Assembly (NCBI GenBank): GCA_963791505.1
Contig: CAWBSV010000084.1
Location: 19,081-83,080, forward strand
Direction: 5' to 3'
Length of the DNA: 64,000 nucleotides
Source of the DNA: an uncultured Acidobacteriaceae bacterium
Lineage (GTDB): Bacteria; Acidobacteriota; Terriglobia; Terriglobales; Acidobacteriaceae
This document shows, piece by piece, positions 46,665 through 56,885 of this stretch. Each line of letters begins with the position of its first letter. The stretch's first letter is position 1. The position numbers were made by a program, and so were the translations under genes. Under the pieces are notes generated by a model. It ran no database searches and was not told the DNA's origin. It saw only the letters and a program-made list of their open reading frames with translations.

Positions 46665-48866
46665 TCAAAAGCAATCAATGAAGTCGCAGGCATTCATCAA
46701 CGGCATTTGCAGCGTTGAATCGTGCTCCGGATCGGAATAAATCGTGATCGTCACCGGCTTGTAGTCCTCGGGCTTGGCCAGCATGATGTTGGGCACAAAC
46801 GTCTGCGGGTTGCGGTCGTAGAGCGGGAACCAGGTGCTCTGAATCTCAACAACCACCGTATGCCCTGCTTTGAACACATGATCGACATCGTGCAGCGAAT
46901 ACTTGTACTCGTGAATCGACCCGGGACGCAATGGAGCCGGTTTTTCAAAACCGGTCAGGTAGCGGCCGCGGAAGATCTCTTCATTGGTCATGAGTTGATA
47001 GCCGCGCATCTTTGCATCAGGATCGTCGTCAGGATACTGGTCGATCAGCTTGACCACCATGTCGTTGTCGGAACCTGTGGTCGAAGCGTAGATATCGGCG
47101 ATCACTTCGCCGGTCACGATCATGTCCTTCTTCAGCACGGGCATCTTCCAGATCGCAACATCCTTCCGGTCCGCGACGAAGCGCTGATCCTCGGTGAGCC
47201 AGTTGAACCAGTGCGATCCCTCGCCATACGTCGGCTGAATGGGCCGATGACGATAGGGAACGGGGGACGCTGGGTCGCTCACATACTCCGTCTTCGCTGA
47301 GGCCTTCGACTCAGCGAAGCTCAGCGCGCCACCGCCATCCAGATGGAGCCCTGTCGGCTGCGACTCCTTAGGCGGAAAATGCGCATAGCGCTTCCAGGTG
47401 TTTGAGCCGGTTTGAAAGCTCGCCGTGTCCTCAAGATCAAAACCTGAGGGATTGGTTCCTGGCTCATCTTTCAGATAGTGCGCGAAGAATTTTGCTTCGA
47501 TGTCGGCTCGAAACTCTTTGCCGATGGGCTTGGTGTAGTCGATCGCGCCCAGATGCCGCGACGACGAAGCCCACGAGCCATGCCGCCACGGCCCCATTAC
47601 CAGAAAGTTTTCGTGCTGCGTGTCATGCGGCTCGAGTGTCGCGTATTCAATCTGCGGACCGTACATGTCCTCCTGGTCGTAGTACCCGCCCACTGAAAGC
47701 GTCGGCACCGTGATTGCTTTCAAGTCCCACTCCACACCGCGCGTTGACCAGACGCTGTCGTACGTGGGGTGCTCTTCAAACAGCTTCCACGTCGGCAGCA
47801 GCTTGTTGCCCGACTTCTTCACGTCCTCGGCGAACGAACCGCGCTCGAGAAAATAGTCGAAGCCGTCGCGGGGTTTGCCGTCGTTGTCTTTGCCGTAGCT
47901 GACCTGCGTGTCTTCCTTGCTCGACTCAAGGCCGTAGACATAGTCGTATCCATAGCTTTGCCGGAAGGCGCCGTTATGGAAGAAGTCGTCGCCCATCCAC
48001 ACATCGATCATCGGAGCCTGCGGCGAGATCGCTTTCACTGCAGGATGCGGATCGATGCCCGCCATCATGGCCAGAAATCCCGGATAGCTGGTGCCCACGA
48101 AGCCGGCGCGCCCGTTATTGCCGGACACGTTCGCCAAAAGCCAGGCCACCGTGTCGTAGGTATCTGTGCTCTCGTCGACAGCCTTGGGATCGTGATGGTC
48201 GGCGAGTGGGCGGCTCATGATGAATTCACCCTGGCTCTTGTAGCGGCCGCGAATGTCTTCTGCGACGTAGATATATCCGGCTTGCGCCAGTTCCGGCCGT
48301 CCGCCTGAGAATGAGGCGCGACTGGTCCCATCCACGCCGTAGGGCGTGCGCTGAATCAAGAACGGAAGCGGCCCGTTGATATCCGCAGGTTTGAGAATGA
48401 CCGCATGCAGCTTGATCCCATCGCGCATGGGGATCATGGCCTCCGTGCGCTGGTAATCATGAAAAAGATGGTGAACCGCGGGGCCGGTGCGGTTATACGT
48501 CGTGTGCTCGGAATCGTAGTTGAAAACGACGCTCGTAGCGTGGCCGGAATCATCGACTGCGAAGCGAACAGTCACTTTGCTGTCAGGGATGCCAAACTCA
48601 ACGGCCGAGATCGGCTTGAGTTCGACCGGCACGCTCCGCTCACTCTCAAAAATCAGCTTGCCGTTTTGCGGATAGAAGCTCGAAGGCGTGTCAGGATCTT
48701 CAGGGTCTGTGTATTCGCCAGACAGCACATCGAGGGGCGCCGATGTGCCCTGGATCGTGTGCACCGGGTGAACCGCAATTGCCTGCGAGGAAAGACAGAG
48801 AAGGGAGAACAGAACTCCGGATTGAAGTCGGACCAATCGAAAAACCTCCAAAGGGAAACGGACCAT
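46665..48866 (-). CDS. CocE/NonD-family hydrolase (X-Pro dipeptidyl-peptidase S15-like), secreted
   Basis: Signal-like N-terminus, 'LIQRTPYGVDG', the nucleophile elbow 'GTSYPGFL' and a large C-terminal beta-sandwich region. Confidence 0.75.
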   Translation of the reverse strand: MVRFPLEVFRLVRLQSGVLFSLLCLSSQAIAVHPVHTIQGTSAPLDVLSGEYTDPEDPDTPSSFYPQNGKLIFESERSVPVELKPISAVEFGIPDSKVTVRFAVDDSGHATSVVFNYDSEHTTYNRTGPAVHHLFHDYQRTEAMIPMRDGIKLHAVILKPADINGPLPFLIQRTPYGVDGTSRASFSGGRPELAQAGYIYVAEDIRGRYKSQGEFIMSRPLADHHDPKAVDESTDTYDTVAWLLANVSGNNGRAGFVGTSYPGFLAMMAGIDPHPAVKAISPQAPMIDVWMGDDFFHNGAFRQSYGYDYVYGLESSKEDTQVSYGKDNDGKPRDGFDYFLERGSFAEDVKKSGNKLLPTWKLFEEHPTYDSVWSTRGVEWDLKAITVPTLSVGGYYDQEDMYGPQIEYATLEPHDTQHENFLVMGPWRHGSWASSSRHLGAIDYTKPIGKEFRADIEAKFFAHYLKDEPGTNPSGFDLEDTASFQTGSNTWKRYAHFPPKESQPTGLHLDGGGALSFAESKASAKTEYVSDPASPVPYRHRPIQPTYGEGSHWFNWLTEDQRFVADRKDVAIWKMPVLKKDMIVTGEVIADIYASTTGSDNDMVVKLIDQYPDDDPDAKMRGYQLMTNEEIFRGRYLTGFEKPAPLRPGSIHEYKYSLHDVDHVFKAGHTVVVEIQSTWFPLYDRNPQTFVPNIMLAKPEDYKPVTITIYSDPEHDSTLQMPLMNACDFIDCF

Positions 48867-48993
48867 GCCAGTCCAGGTTGGGTTACCTGGCCTTTGGGCT
48901 GGGGATACTCTACGGGTTCAGGCCTATACCCAACAACTAAGGACGGACGAACGCATTTGCCGGTTTCAGGAATCGTTCGTTGCAAGAGCACTT

Positions 48994-49956
48994 CTAGTGC
49001 ACGTGTCCATGGTGATGGTGCGAGTGTTCTTCGGTCGCCGCCATCTCCTCGATCGGGACCACGCAACCATGGGTCTCTTCGCAGCCCACATGTTCAAACT
49101 GGATGGTGGTGTGGCTGATGTGAAAATGATCCTTCAAAATGTGATTGAGATTGACCAGGATGCACGCGCTCTCAGAGGGCGGAATGTCGGCGATGGTCAC
49201 GTGACAGGCCAACGCACGCGACTGCGAACCCAGACTCCAGCAGTGCAGGTCGTGCACATTGACGACGCCGTCAACAGCCTCCATGTGTGCTCGAATCTCC
49301 GGCAGAGCCACCCCGCTCGGCGTGCCTTCCAGCAGGATATTCAGCGTCTCGCGCATTATGCCGATACTCGACCACAGAATCAGGGCGGCAATGACCAGCG
49401 AAAGCACCGGATCGATCCAGTATTGGCCCGTGAACAGGATTGCGGCGCCCCCCACAATCACGGCTGCGGTCGAAAGTGTGTCGCCGGCCATATGCAAAAA
49501 CGCCGAGCGCATGTTGACATCGCGGGCCACGCCCCACAGCAACGCGGCAATCACCCCATTCATCAGCACGCCGGCCGCAGCCACAATCATCATCAGACGG
49601 GGCTGCACTTCAACCGGGGAAGAGAGGCGATGAACCGCTTCAAATCCGATCCAGACTGAGATCACGATCAGGGTTGCGGCGTTGATAAAGGCTGCCAGCA
49701 CGCCCGCGCGCTGGTAGCCGAAGGTCTTTGAGTGGCTCGCCGGCCGCGTCTGGAAGTAGACCGCTGCAAAGCTCAGCAACAACGCCAGAAAATCAGAAGC
49801 GTTGTGTCCCGCCTCAGAGAGCAGCGCGAGGGAGTGGGCCCTCAAACCGAAGACAAAGGTGACCACGACATAAATCAGCGTGGCAATCAGCGAAAAGCGC
49901 AAAACGTTTTGAGTCTTGCCCGCGCCGGGAGAAGCCGGCGACGCATGGACGTGCAT
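48994..49956 (-). CDS. Cation diffusion facilitator (CzcD/ZitB-like) divalent-metal efflux protein
   Basis: Six TM segments, 'SEAGHNASD' and 'HMAGDTLS' metal-site motifs, and a His-rich tail 'EEHSHHHHGHVH'. Confidence 0.85.
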   Translation of the reverse strand: MHVHASPASPGAGKTQNVLRFSLIATLIYVVVTFVFGLRAHSLALLSEAGHNASDFLALLLSFAAVYFQTRPASHSKTFGYQRAGVLAAFINAATLIVISVWIGFEAVHRLSSPVEVQPRLMMIVAAAGVLMNGVIAALLWGVARDVNMRSAFLHMAGDTLSTAAVIVGGAAILFTGQYWIDPVLSLVIAALILWSSIGIMRETLNILLEGTPSGVALPEIRAHMEAVDGVVNVHDLHCWSLGSQSRALACHVTIADIPPSESACILVNLNHILKDHFHISHTTIQFEHVGCEETHGCVVPIEEMAATEEHSHHHHGHVH

Positions 49957-50033
49957 GTTCTAAGTATACCGGGGGTGGGTATCCGACGCCAATCGGCGCA
50001 AGCCGGCGAAACCGCTCGCCTGCGACGCGCCCG

Positions 50034-50525
50034 TCACCCTCGCCCGGGCCGCAGATGGCTCAGATCATTTGAATCAGCTTCTTCGACGGGATGCGCCACC
50101 GAGAGCTTCGGCCGCAGCCCGGTCCATCCCTCGGCCACCACGATGCTGTTCTGCGGGTTCCCCGATTGATAGCGTACCGTGCATGGAAAGCCTGCTTGGA
50201 TCTGGGTGACATCGACAACTTCGCTCATGTCGGTGACGTCCTGGGAGCACTCGTAATCCACTCCGCCAATCCGGTAACTGAACAGTAGAAGGGTCAGCAT
50301 CCGCGCCGGTTCCTTCCTGGTCTTGGCCGACTCCAATTCGTAAAAGTCCAGCAATTGGCCGTCGACGAGTCGACCCATCTGCACAAGAAAGGCGCGGCGC
50401 GCCCGCTCAACTTCCTGCGCGCTCGGCTTCTTGCGCGTCGCAAGCCAGATCAAAGGTGCTGCGATGGCGGCGAGTGCGGCAACCCCGCCAGCGATCTCCC
50501 AGGCCGTGATTTGGATGCGGGTCAT
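50034..50525 (-). CDS. DUF3592-like single-TM protein
   Basis: N-terminal TM 'IAGGVAALAAIAAPLIWLA' and a beta-rich domain 'LLLFSYRIGGVDYECSQDV...FPCTVRYQSGNPQNS'. Confidence 0.45.
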   Translation of the reverse strand: MTRIQITAWEIAGGVAALAAIAAPLIWLATRKKPSAQEVERARRAFLVQMGRLVDGQLLDFYELESAKTRKEPARMLTLLLFSYRIGGVDYECSQDVTDMSEVVDVTQIQAGFPCTVRYQSGNPQNSIVVAEGWTGLRPKLSVAHPVEEADSNDLSHLRPGRG

Positions 50526-50825
50526 TGCGGGGAGAGCTCCGGAACGGGTGCGATCTGGACTCGTTGGCGCCGGGTCCCAACTAGAGGATAGCGCAGCTTT
50601 GAATCGGAATGGGCTCGCCTTTCGGTTACGGATGGGTCACGGCACTGCCCCACCCGCGACGAGGCGTGATTTTGTGCCTTGGTGTGCCTGGTAATCCGGC
50701 CAGGGTAGACGCGCCCCATGACCTATACTGATGTCTGCGCCTTGCAGAGCGATTGGCCCTGCAGGGCGTGCGTTTCGGGAGGGTTTTCGTTGGTTTCGAG
50801 CAAGACGTCTGCACCCAATCCGGCC

Positions 50826-51386
50826 ATGGCAAAGGGTCCGAGAATTCGCTCCACGACGGTCATCTGCGTTCGCCGCAACGGCTCGGTCGTCATGGCAGCC
50901 GACGGCCAGGTCACGTTGGGCGACCACGTGCTCAAGCACTCAGCCAAGAAAATTCGCCGCCTGTATCAGGACAAGATTCTCGCTGGATTCGCCGGCTCAA
51001 CCGCCGATGCGTTCAGCCTCTTTTCACGGTTTGAAACCAAGCTCGAGCAGTATGCCGGCAACCTGAATCGCTCCGCTGTCGAACTTGCCAAGGAATGGCG
51101 TACCGACAAGATGCTGCGCAATCTTGAAGCGCTCTTGCTGGTTGCGGACAAGGGTCAGACATTTTTGATCTCCGGCTCCGGGGACGTGATCGATCCCGAC
51201 GAAGCGCTGGCTGCGATCGGTTCCGGCGGCAGCTATGCCACGGCCGCAGCCCGAGCGCTGCTTGAAAACACCGACATGAGCGCACGCGAGATCGCCGAGA
51301 AGGCCATGAAGATTGCCGGCGAAATTTGCATCTATACGAACGATCGCATCACGTTTGAGGAACTGAAGGCTGAAGTCGCGCCCTGA
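50826..51386 (+). CDS. hslV: ATP-dependent protease subunit HslV
   Basis: The start is set at ATG 50826. '[23 protein letters not shown]...[10 protein letters not shown]...GSGGSYA'. Confidence 0.9.
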   Translation: MAKGPRIRSTTVICVRRNGSVVMAADGQVTLGDHVLKHSAKKIRRLYQDKILAGFAGSTADAFSLFSRFETKLEQYAGNLNRSAVELAKEWRTDKMLRNLEALLLVADKGQTFLISGSGDVIDPDEALAAIGSGGSYATAAARALLENTDMSAREIAEKAMKIAGEICIYTNDRITFEELKAEVAP

Positions 51387-51442
51387 TCAACACGGGCTTT
51401 CGATATTGAACCTGGGAATTTGAAGGGTTGAAGCAAGGAAAA

Positions 51443-52945
51443 ATGGCAATTTATCTCCCAGCCTCCGCTGAAGAACAAGACCTCGCTCTCGACGAACTCA
51501 CGCCGCGCGAGATTGTTACTGAGCTCGATAAACACGTCGTGGGTCAAAAGGCCGCCAAGAGGGCCGTCGCTATCGCCTTGCGCAATCGCCAGCGCCGCCA
51601 GAAGCTTCCGCCCGACATTGCCGACGACATCATGCCCAAGAACATCATCATGATCGGGCCCACTGGCGTGGGTAAGACTGAAATCGCGCGACGCCTCGCC
51701 AAGCTCACCAACTCGCCCTTCCTCAAAGTCGAAGCTTCAAAGTTCACTGAAGTCGGTTATGTCGGCCGCGATGTCGAATCGATGATCCGTGACCTGGTCG
51801 AGATCGCCATCGACATGGTGCGCGAAGAGCGGCTTGAAGAAGTGGAAGATCGTGCCGAGATCAACGCCGAAGAACGCCTGCTCGACGTGCTGCTGCCGCC
51901 CCCGCCGGCAACCCCGCCGGCGCAGGAAGGCCAGATGTCGCTGCCAGGCTCCGACAGCTATCAACGGTCGCGCGAGAAATTGCGCCAGCAGTTCCGCGAA
52001 GGCAAACTCGACGATCGCCAGGTGGAGATCGACGTGCGCGAACGCGGAACCCCGCAGTTCGGCATCATCTCAAACCAGAACCTTGAGGACGTGGAGATGA
52101 GCCTCAAGGACATGCTGCCCAACATTTTTGGAGGCAGTTCGAAGAAGCGCAAGATGAAGGTCGGCGACGCATTCGACTACCTGGTACAGGAAGAAGAAGG
52201 CCGGCTGATCGATATGGACTCTGTGAACCGCGCGGCTGTCGAGCGCGTTGAATCCAGCGGCATCATTTTTTTGGACGAGATCGACAAGATCGCCGGCCGC
52301 GAAGGTTCGCACGGCCCTGATGTTTCGCGCGAAGGAGTGCAGCGCGACATTCTGCCCATCGTCGAAGGCACCACCGTCAACACGCGCTACGGGATGGTGC
52401 GTACCGACCACATTCTCTTCATCGCGGCCGGAGCGTTTCACGTCTCCAAGCCAAGCGATCTTATCCCCGAGTTGCAGGGACGTTTTCCCATCCGCGTGGA
52501 GTTGCAATCGCTCACCGTCGATGATTTTCTGCGCATCCTCACCGAGCCAAAGGCTTCACTGACCAAGCAGTATTCCGCGTTGCTCGAGACCGAAGGCGTG
52601 CGGCTTGAGTTTGCTCCGGACGCGTTGCGCGAGATGGCCGAGTTTGCTTTCAAGGTCAATGAGCAGACTGAGAACATTGGCGCGCGCCGCCTGCACACCA
52701 TCATGGAGCGCGTGCTTGAGGATGTCAGCTTCCTCGCGCCTGACGTGGCCCGCCGCCCCGCCGATGACGAGGCTGCCGTCAAGCTTTCGGTTGCCATTAA
52801 AGCTGAGTCGTCCACGCCGCTGCCCTACGAAGAGAAGATGACCGCTTCCGGCCCGGAGAAGACTTTCCTCATCAACGCCGAATATGTGAAAACGATGGTC
52901 GCCTCAGTCGTGAAGGACAATGATCTGAGCCGGTATATTCTCTAA
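51443..52945 (+). CDS. hslU: ATP-dependent protease ATPase subunit HslU
   Basis: The start is set at ATG 51443 behind AAGGAA. '[17 protein letters not shown]', Walker A '[18 protein letters not shown]' and '[10 protein letters not shown]'. Confidence 0.9.
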   Translation: MAIYLPASAEEQDLALDELTPREIVTELDKHVVGQKAAKRAVAIALRNRQRRQKLPPDIADDIMPKNIIMIGPTGVGKTEIARRLAKLTNSPFLKVEASKFTEVGYVGRDVESMIRDLVEIAIDMVREERLEEVEDRAEINAEERLLDVLLPPPPATPPAQEGQMSLPGSDSYQRSREKLRQQFREGKLDDRQVEIDVRERGTPQFGIISNQNLEDVEMSLKDMLPNIFGGSSKKRKMKVGDAFDYLVQEEEGRLIDMDSVNRAAVERVESSGIIFLDEIDKIAGREGSHGPDVSREGVQRDILPIVEGTTVNTRYGMVRTDHILFIAAGAFHVSKPSDLIPELQGRFPIRVELQSLTVDDFLRILTEPKASLTKQYSALLETEGVRLEFAPDALREMAEFAFKVNEQTENIGARRLHTIMERVLEDVSFLAPDVARRPADDEAAVKLSVAIKAESSTPLPYEEKMTASGPEKTFLINAEYVKTMVASVVKDNDLSRYIL

Positions 52946-52957
52946 GGCAGTTCGCAG

Positions 52958-53383
52958 TTGGTCACGAATCGATCGCCGACTCAATCAATGGCGCCTCGCT
53001 CTTTGACGAACACGGGCTTGCTTCTCGGCGCGACCATCGGGGCGGGGCTGGCGGTCCGCTTTGCGCACATCGGATTGCCGTCTGGAGTTGCGAAGTACGG
53101 CGGATCAATGCTGTGGGCGCTGATGTTTTACTGGATCATTTCAGCGCTTTGGCCGTCCGGTCGCATCGTCCACGCTGCTCTTTTCACGGCGACCCTGACC
53201 GCGGCAATCGAGTGTTTCAAACTGGTCCACTCGCCAGCACTCGACGCCTTTCGCCTCACGCTACCCGGAATTTTGTTGTTGGGGCGGGTGTTTTCTCTCT
53301 GGGATATTGCCGCGTACTGGCTGGCCATCGCCATCGGAGCCTCGCTGGATGTGCTGATGCGTAAGACAGTTCACAGTTCTTAG
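52958..53383 (+). CDS. DUF2809-like membrane protein
   Basis: Four TM segments with 'KYGGSMLWALMFYWIISALWPS'. Its stop codon lies inside the left arm of the palindromic element. Confidence 0.5.
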   Translation: MVTNRSPTQSMAPRSLTNTGLLLGATIGAGLAVRFAHIGLPSGVAKYGGSMLWALMFYWIISALWPSGRIVHAALFTATLTAAIECFKLVHSPALDAFRLTLPGILLLGRVFSLWDIAAYWLAIAIGASLDVLMRKTVHSS

Positions 53384-53447
53384 TTCGCGGTTCACAGCTG
53401 GATGCGAGAGCACGCTATTGTGAATTGCGAACTAAGAACTGTGAACT
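53368..53447. repeat. Palindromic intergenic element, copy 1 (21-bp perfect arms, 38-nt spacer)
   Basis: 53368-53388 'agttcacagttcttagttcgc' is the exact reverse complement of 53427-53447 'gcgaactaagaactgtgaact'. Confidence 0.85.
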
Positions 53448-53692
53448 TCTTGCCAGAACCGGAATCCATTGCACGCGGACTCTTGGCTATGCTACTTTTT
53501 TCTCGTACCTCGGCAGCCCGCGCTTGCAATGCGAACCAGCGGGCTCTACCTGCACTCTCCCGCTTCTGAGGGAATGTGGATGGAGGCGCAATCGGAAGCA
53601 CACCGGGAATCGTGTGCCTGCGCCATGAATCCGCAAACGCCTTTCCCTCGATGCCCCTTCAACCCGCGCCCGCTGTGCCCAGGAGAGATGCC

Positions 53693-54046
53693 ATGAGCCC
53701 TGTTGAGAGCCACCACCACATCCACTACATCGAGTTCCACTCCACCAACATCGAGCGGACAAAGCAGTTTTACGCGAAGGTCTTTGGCTGGTCGTTTGTT
53801 GACTATGGCCCCGACTACGTTTCCTTCACCGAAGCAAGCGCCGGCATCAACGGCGGCTTCGCCAAAGGAGAAGCATCCGTTTCGGGCCCGCTGATTGTTC
53901 TCTATTCGAAAGATCTGGGGGCGACGGAAGAGGCGATCATCGATGCCGGGGGCACCATTACCGTGCCCACCTTCGTGTTCCCCGGCGGCCGCCGCTTCCA
54001 CTTCTCCGACGGCGCGGGGAACGTTCTTGCGGTTTGGAGCGAGTAG
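53693..54046 (+). CDS. VOC-family (glyoxalase/bleomycin-resistance fold) protein
   Basis: The start is set at ATG 53693. 'HIHYIEFHSTNIERTKQFYAKVFGWSF...GGRRFHFSDGAGNVLAVWS'. Confidence 0.75.
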   Translation: MSPVESHHHIHYIEFHSTNIERTKQFYAKVFGWSFVDYGPDYVSFTEASAGINGGFAKGEASVSGPLIVLYSKDLGATEEAIIDAGGTITVPTFVFPGGRRFHFSDGAGNVLAVWSE

Positions 54047-54055
54047 ACCAGGTCA

Positions 54056-54138
54056 CAGTTCGTAGTTCACAGTTCGCGGGCCATAGTCGGAGTGCTCACG
54101 GCTCCAACTGTGAACGGCGAACTGTGAACTACGAACTG
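54056..54138. repeat. Palindromic intergenic element, copy 2 (22-bp perfect arms, 39-nt spacer)
   Basis: 54056-54077 'cagttcgtagttcacagttcgc' is the exact reverse complement of 54117-54138 'gcgaactgtgaactacgaactg'. The arms share the AGTTCACAGTTC / TAGTTC words with copy 1. Confidence 0.85.
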
Positions 54139-54141
54139 CTT

Positions 54142-54684
54142 TCAGTTGACCGTCGGCGGCAGCATCAGCGGCTTGCGTGGCCCGAGTTCCTCGCGCACCA
54201 GCGTCAACCCCAGAATGCAGCGCTCGAAACGGTCGGACAACCGCGCAAACAGCGGGGCCTCCTGCTCATACTCGAACAGGTTGAACTGGCTGACGATGTA
54301 GTAGCTTTCCTTACCCGCCTGGATCAATTCGCTGAGACTCGGCTGGTGGCGCCGACGACGGTGAACCGATCCCATCGCTTCCGGATACATGCCGGCGACG
54401 AACAGCGCGTAGTCGCCGATATGCTTGCGCAGAGCGCGCTCTGCATCAAACGATGGCGCGGAGCCGTGAACCGGATCCGCCGCTTCCATCATTTCAGAGA
54501 GTTCCTCAATGGGATGGCCGAGCTCGTCACGGACCTGGTAGAGCTTGTCAGACTGGGAGAAGTCGCACAGCAGGCGGGCAACATACGCGGTTACATCGGG
54601 GTCGTTGAGTCCGAGTTTGCCTTCGTAACTGTTGCGAACCGCTTGCTGGAAGAACGGTTCGAGTGGATGAGCGTCAGCTTGCAT
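54142..54684 (-). CDS. Uncharacterised conserved protein, paralogue A
   Basis: The start is set at ATG 54684 behind GGGAGG. It is about 60% identical by eye to the product of 54933..55463 ('HPLEPFF', 'LGLNDP', 'APSFDAER', 'LIQAGKESY.IVSQFNLFEY'). Confidence 0.65.
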   Translation of the reverse strand: MQADAHPLEPFFQQAVRNSYEGKLGLNDPDVTAYVARLLCDFSQSDKLYQVRDELGHPIEELSEMMEAADPVHGSAPSFDAERALRKHIGDYALFVAGMYPEAMGSVHRRRRHQPSLSELIQAGKESYYIVSQFNLFEYEQEAPLFARLSDRFERCILGLTLVREELGPRKPLMLPPTVN

Positions 54685-54932
54685 ACACACCTCCCGCGCT
54701 GCTTGCGCAGCCTTGTCTTCATTGCATCCCGGTGAATGGCTTCTCATTTCAGGGCCGTGCCAGCCATCCGCATTTACAGTGCTTTGACACTGAGCTTATC
54801 GGATATGTTGTGTTTGCCAAGAGGAAACGCGAAATATTCCTGGCAGAGCAGTAACTCAATTGCAAAATTGAGGGCACTGGGTAACCCAAAGAAACGTTAT
54901 TTAGGTTGTACTCGAATCGGCAAGCCGGTGTC

Positions 54933-55463
54933 TCAGAGTCGAATTGGCCTGTCGCCGCGTATATCGAGTTCCTGGCGAATAAGCACCAGTCCCAGCACGC
55001 AGCGCTCAAAGTTTTCCGCAAGGCGCGCAAACAGTCCCGACTCTTTCTTGTACTCGAACAGGTTGAACTGGCTTACGATCTTGTAGCTTTCTTTGCCGGC
55101 CTGGATCAACTGGGCGATGGTTGGCTGCGGGGTCGTGCTCTGCGCCGAACTGGTTGAGTCCGTGCACATGCCTGCCACAAACAACGAGTAGTCGCCCATG
55201 TACTTGCGAATGGAGCGCTCGGCGTCAAACGAAGGAGCCGCGCCGAACACTGGGTCAGCGGCGTATTTCATCTCTTCAAGCGATTCGATCTGCCGCCCGG
55301 TCGCGTCGTGAAGCCGATAGAGATTTTCCGGCTCTGAGAAATCGCACAGCATGCGCGCCACATAGTCAGTGATGGCTGGATCGTTGAGCCCGAGCCGGTT
55401 CTCATAGTTTGCGGATACCGCTTCGTGGAAGAACGGTTCGAGGGGATGAACCTGCGTTTGCAT
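54933..55463 (-). CDS. Uncharacterised conserved protein, paralogue B
   Basis: The start is set at ATG 55463 behind GGAGG. It is colinear with paralogue A over the whole length. Confidence 0.65.
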   Translation of the reverse strand: MQTQVHPLEPFFHEAVSANYENRLGLNDPAITDYVARMLCDFSEPENLYRLHDATGRQIESLEEMKYAADPVFGAAPSFDAERSIRKYMGDYSLFVAGMCTDSTSSAQSTTPQPTIAQLIQAGKESYKIVSQFNLFEYKKESGLFARLAENFERCVLGLVLIRQELDIRGDRPIRL

Positions 55464-55663
55464 AGACACCTCCGGTGACCGCGCATGCGCAGCCGGAATC
55501 AGATTTCGGATCCGGGTGCACCGTGCGCAGCCCGGACCAAATTCCCGGTCACCGCTTGAATTTGCTTTCGTTGAAAAGAGTGTACTCGGGTTTGCCGGAA
55601 TCGGAGTGAGTTAAATCACACCCCTTTTGGGGGATGTCGTCTCGCTGGTAACTGAATGGAGCA

Positions 55664-55692
55664 AACTAAAAGGGCAGCCGGAAAGGGCTGCC
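55664..55692 (-). terminator. Rho-independent terminator of tal
   Basis: On the minus strand the stem GGGCAGCC/GGCTGCCC (55669-55676 / 55683-55690) closes a 6-nt loop and is followed by TTTTAGTTT, 24 nt after the tal stop. Confidence 0.7.
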
Positions 55693-55715
55693 CTTCGTTT
55701 CGGTTCATCGTGCGC

Positions 55716-56714
55716 TTAGACAGCGGCCGGGGTCCTCGACTCCAATTCTGCAAGCCGTTTCGCGAGCAGTCCCTCCAGCTTGACCAGCGCTGCGGAGAAG
55801 CCTTCGATGCCTTCCTTCAGCTTGTCCGTTGCCATCCGGTCTTCAGCATGCATTGCTTCAAAGGTGGCTTTGTCGACGGTGATCTTCATGATCACCATGG
55901 ACTTCGCCGCCTCTGGATCGAGCTTGCGCGGCAGGTCGCCTTCGGTCGACGAGAGCTCATTGAGCAGTTGCGGCGAGATGGTCAGCAGGTCGCAGCCAGC
56001 CAGTTGTTCGATCTCTCCGATATTTCGGAAGCTCGCCCCCATGACCACCGTCTTGTATCCGAATTTCTTGAAGTAGTTGTAGATCTTGGTCACGGATTGC
56101 ACGCCAGGATCATCGGCGCCGACATAATCCTTGCCAGTATCTTTTTTGTACCAGTCAAGAATTCTGCCTACAAAGGGGGAGATCAGCGTCACCCCGGCAT
56201 CCGCCGCGGCGATCGCCTGGTGCATCCCAAACAGGAGTGTGAGATTGCAGTGAATTCCTTCCTTCTCCAGCACTTCTGCCGCTTTGATTCCTTCCCACGT
56301 GGAAGCAATCTTGATCAGCACGCGGTCGCGGCCGATACCGGCCTTGTCGTACTTGCCAATAATCGAGCGCGCCTGTTCGATCGTCTTGTCGGTGTCGTAC
56401 GACAGGCGGGCGTCCACCTCGGTCGAAACACGGCCTGGAATAATTTTGAGGATTTTTTTGCCGAAGGCGACGGCGAGGTTCTGGAATGCAAGGTTGGCAA
56501 CATCCTTATCGCTCGCGCTCTCGCCTAGTTCGTTGCGTGCCTCGCGCAGTACGTCATCCACAATGGGCTGATAGTGCGGCATCTGCGAGGCGGCGGTAAT
56601 GAGCGAAGGGTTGGTTGTGGCGTCCTGGGGATGAAACTCCTCCATCGCCTCCATGTCGCCGGTGTCGGCAACCACGACTGTATATTGACGGAGCTGTTCG
56701 AGAAGATTGGGCAT
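55716..56714 (-). CDS. tal: Transaldolase (TalB-type)
   Basis: The start is set at ATG 56714 behind GGAGGA. '[25 protein letters not shown]', '[11 protein letters not shown]' and the Schiff-base Lys context 'IKIASTWEG'. Confidence 0.9.
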   Translation of the reverse strand: MPNLLEQLRQYTVVVADTGDMEAMEEFHPQDATTNPSLITAASQMPHYQPIVDDVLREARNELGESASDKDVANLAFQNLAVAFGKKILKIIPGRVSTEVDARLSYDTDKTIEQARSIIGKYDKAGIGRDRVLIKIASTWEGIKAAEVLEKEGIHCNLTLLFGMHQAIAAADAGVTLISPFVGRILDWYKKDTGKDYVGADDPGVQSVTKIYNYFKKFGYKTVVMGASFRNIGEIEQLAGCDLLTISPQLLNELSSTEGDLPRKLDPEAAKSMVIMKITVDKATFEAMHAEDRMATDKLKEGIEGFSAALVKLEGLLAKRLAELESRTPAAV

Positions 56715-56885
56715 GATTCCTCCTTGGGGAAGGGCGTCCGGCCGACCGGGGGGCGGGAAGCGTTCGGCACCAGTGTATCGCTTCCTGTTGGATGCTTGAT
56801 GAAGAGGTTTCGTCTCCGCTGTCGCGAATTGCCCATTCTGTGAGAAGAACGTCGTTCTCAGGACGAGGGCGGCTAAAATGGCGCG

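Noticed and set aside
48945-48983. A 7-bp inverted repeat (ACGAACG...CGTTCGT) downstream of the CDF transporter gene as a possible terminator.
   Set aside because: The loop is 25 nt and there is no U-run on the relevant strand, so this is weak.
49000-49040. The His-rich C-terminal tail 'EEHSHHHHGHVH' of the CDF protein, considered as a possible cloning His-tag.
   Set aside because: It is irregular rather than a clean 6xHis tract, and His-rich cytoplasmic tails are a normal metal-binding feature of CzcD/ZitB-type transporters.
50700-50730. 'CCCCATGA' and 'TATACT' upstream of hslV as candidate sigma-32 or sigma-70 promoter elements.
   Set aside because: No acceptable -35 element lies at the correct spacing for either, so this cannot be supported by eye.
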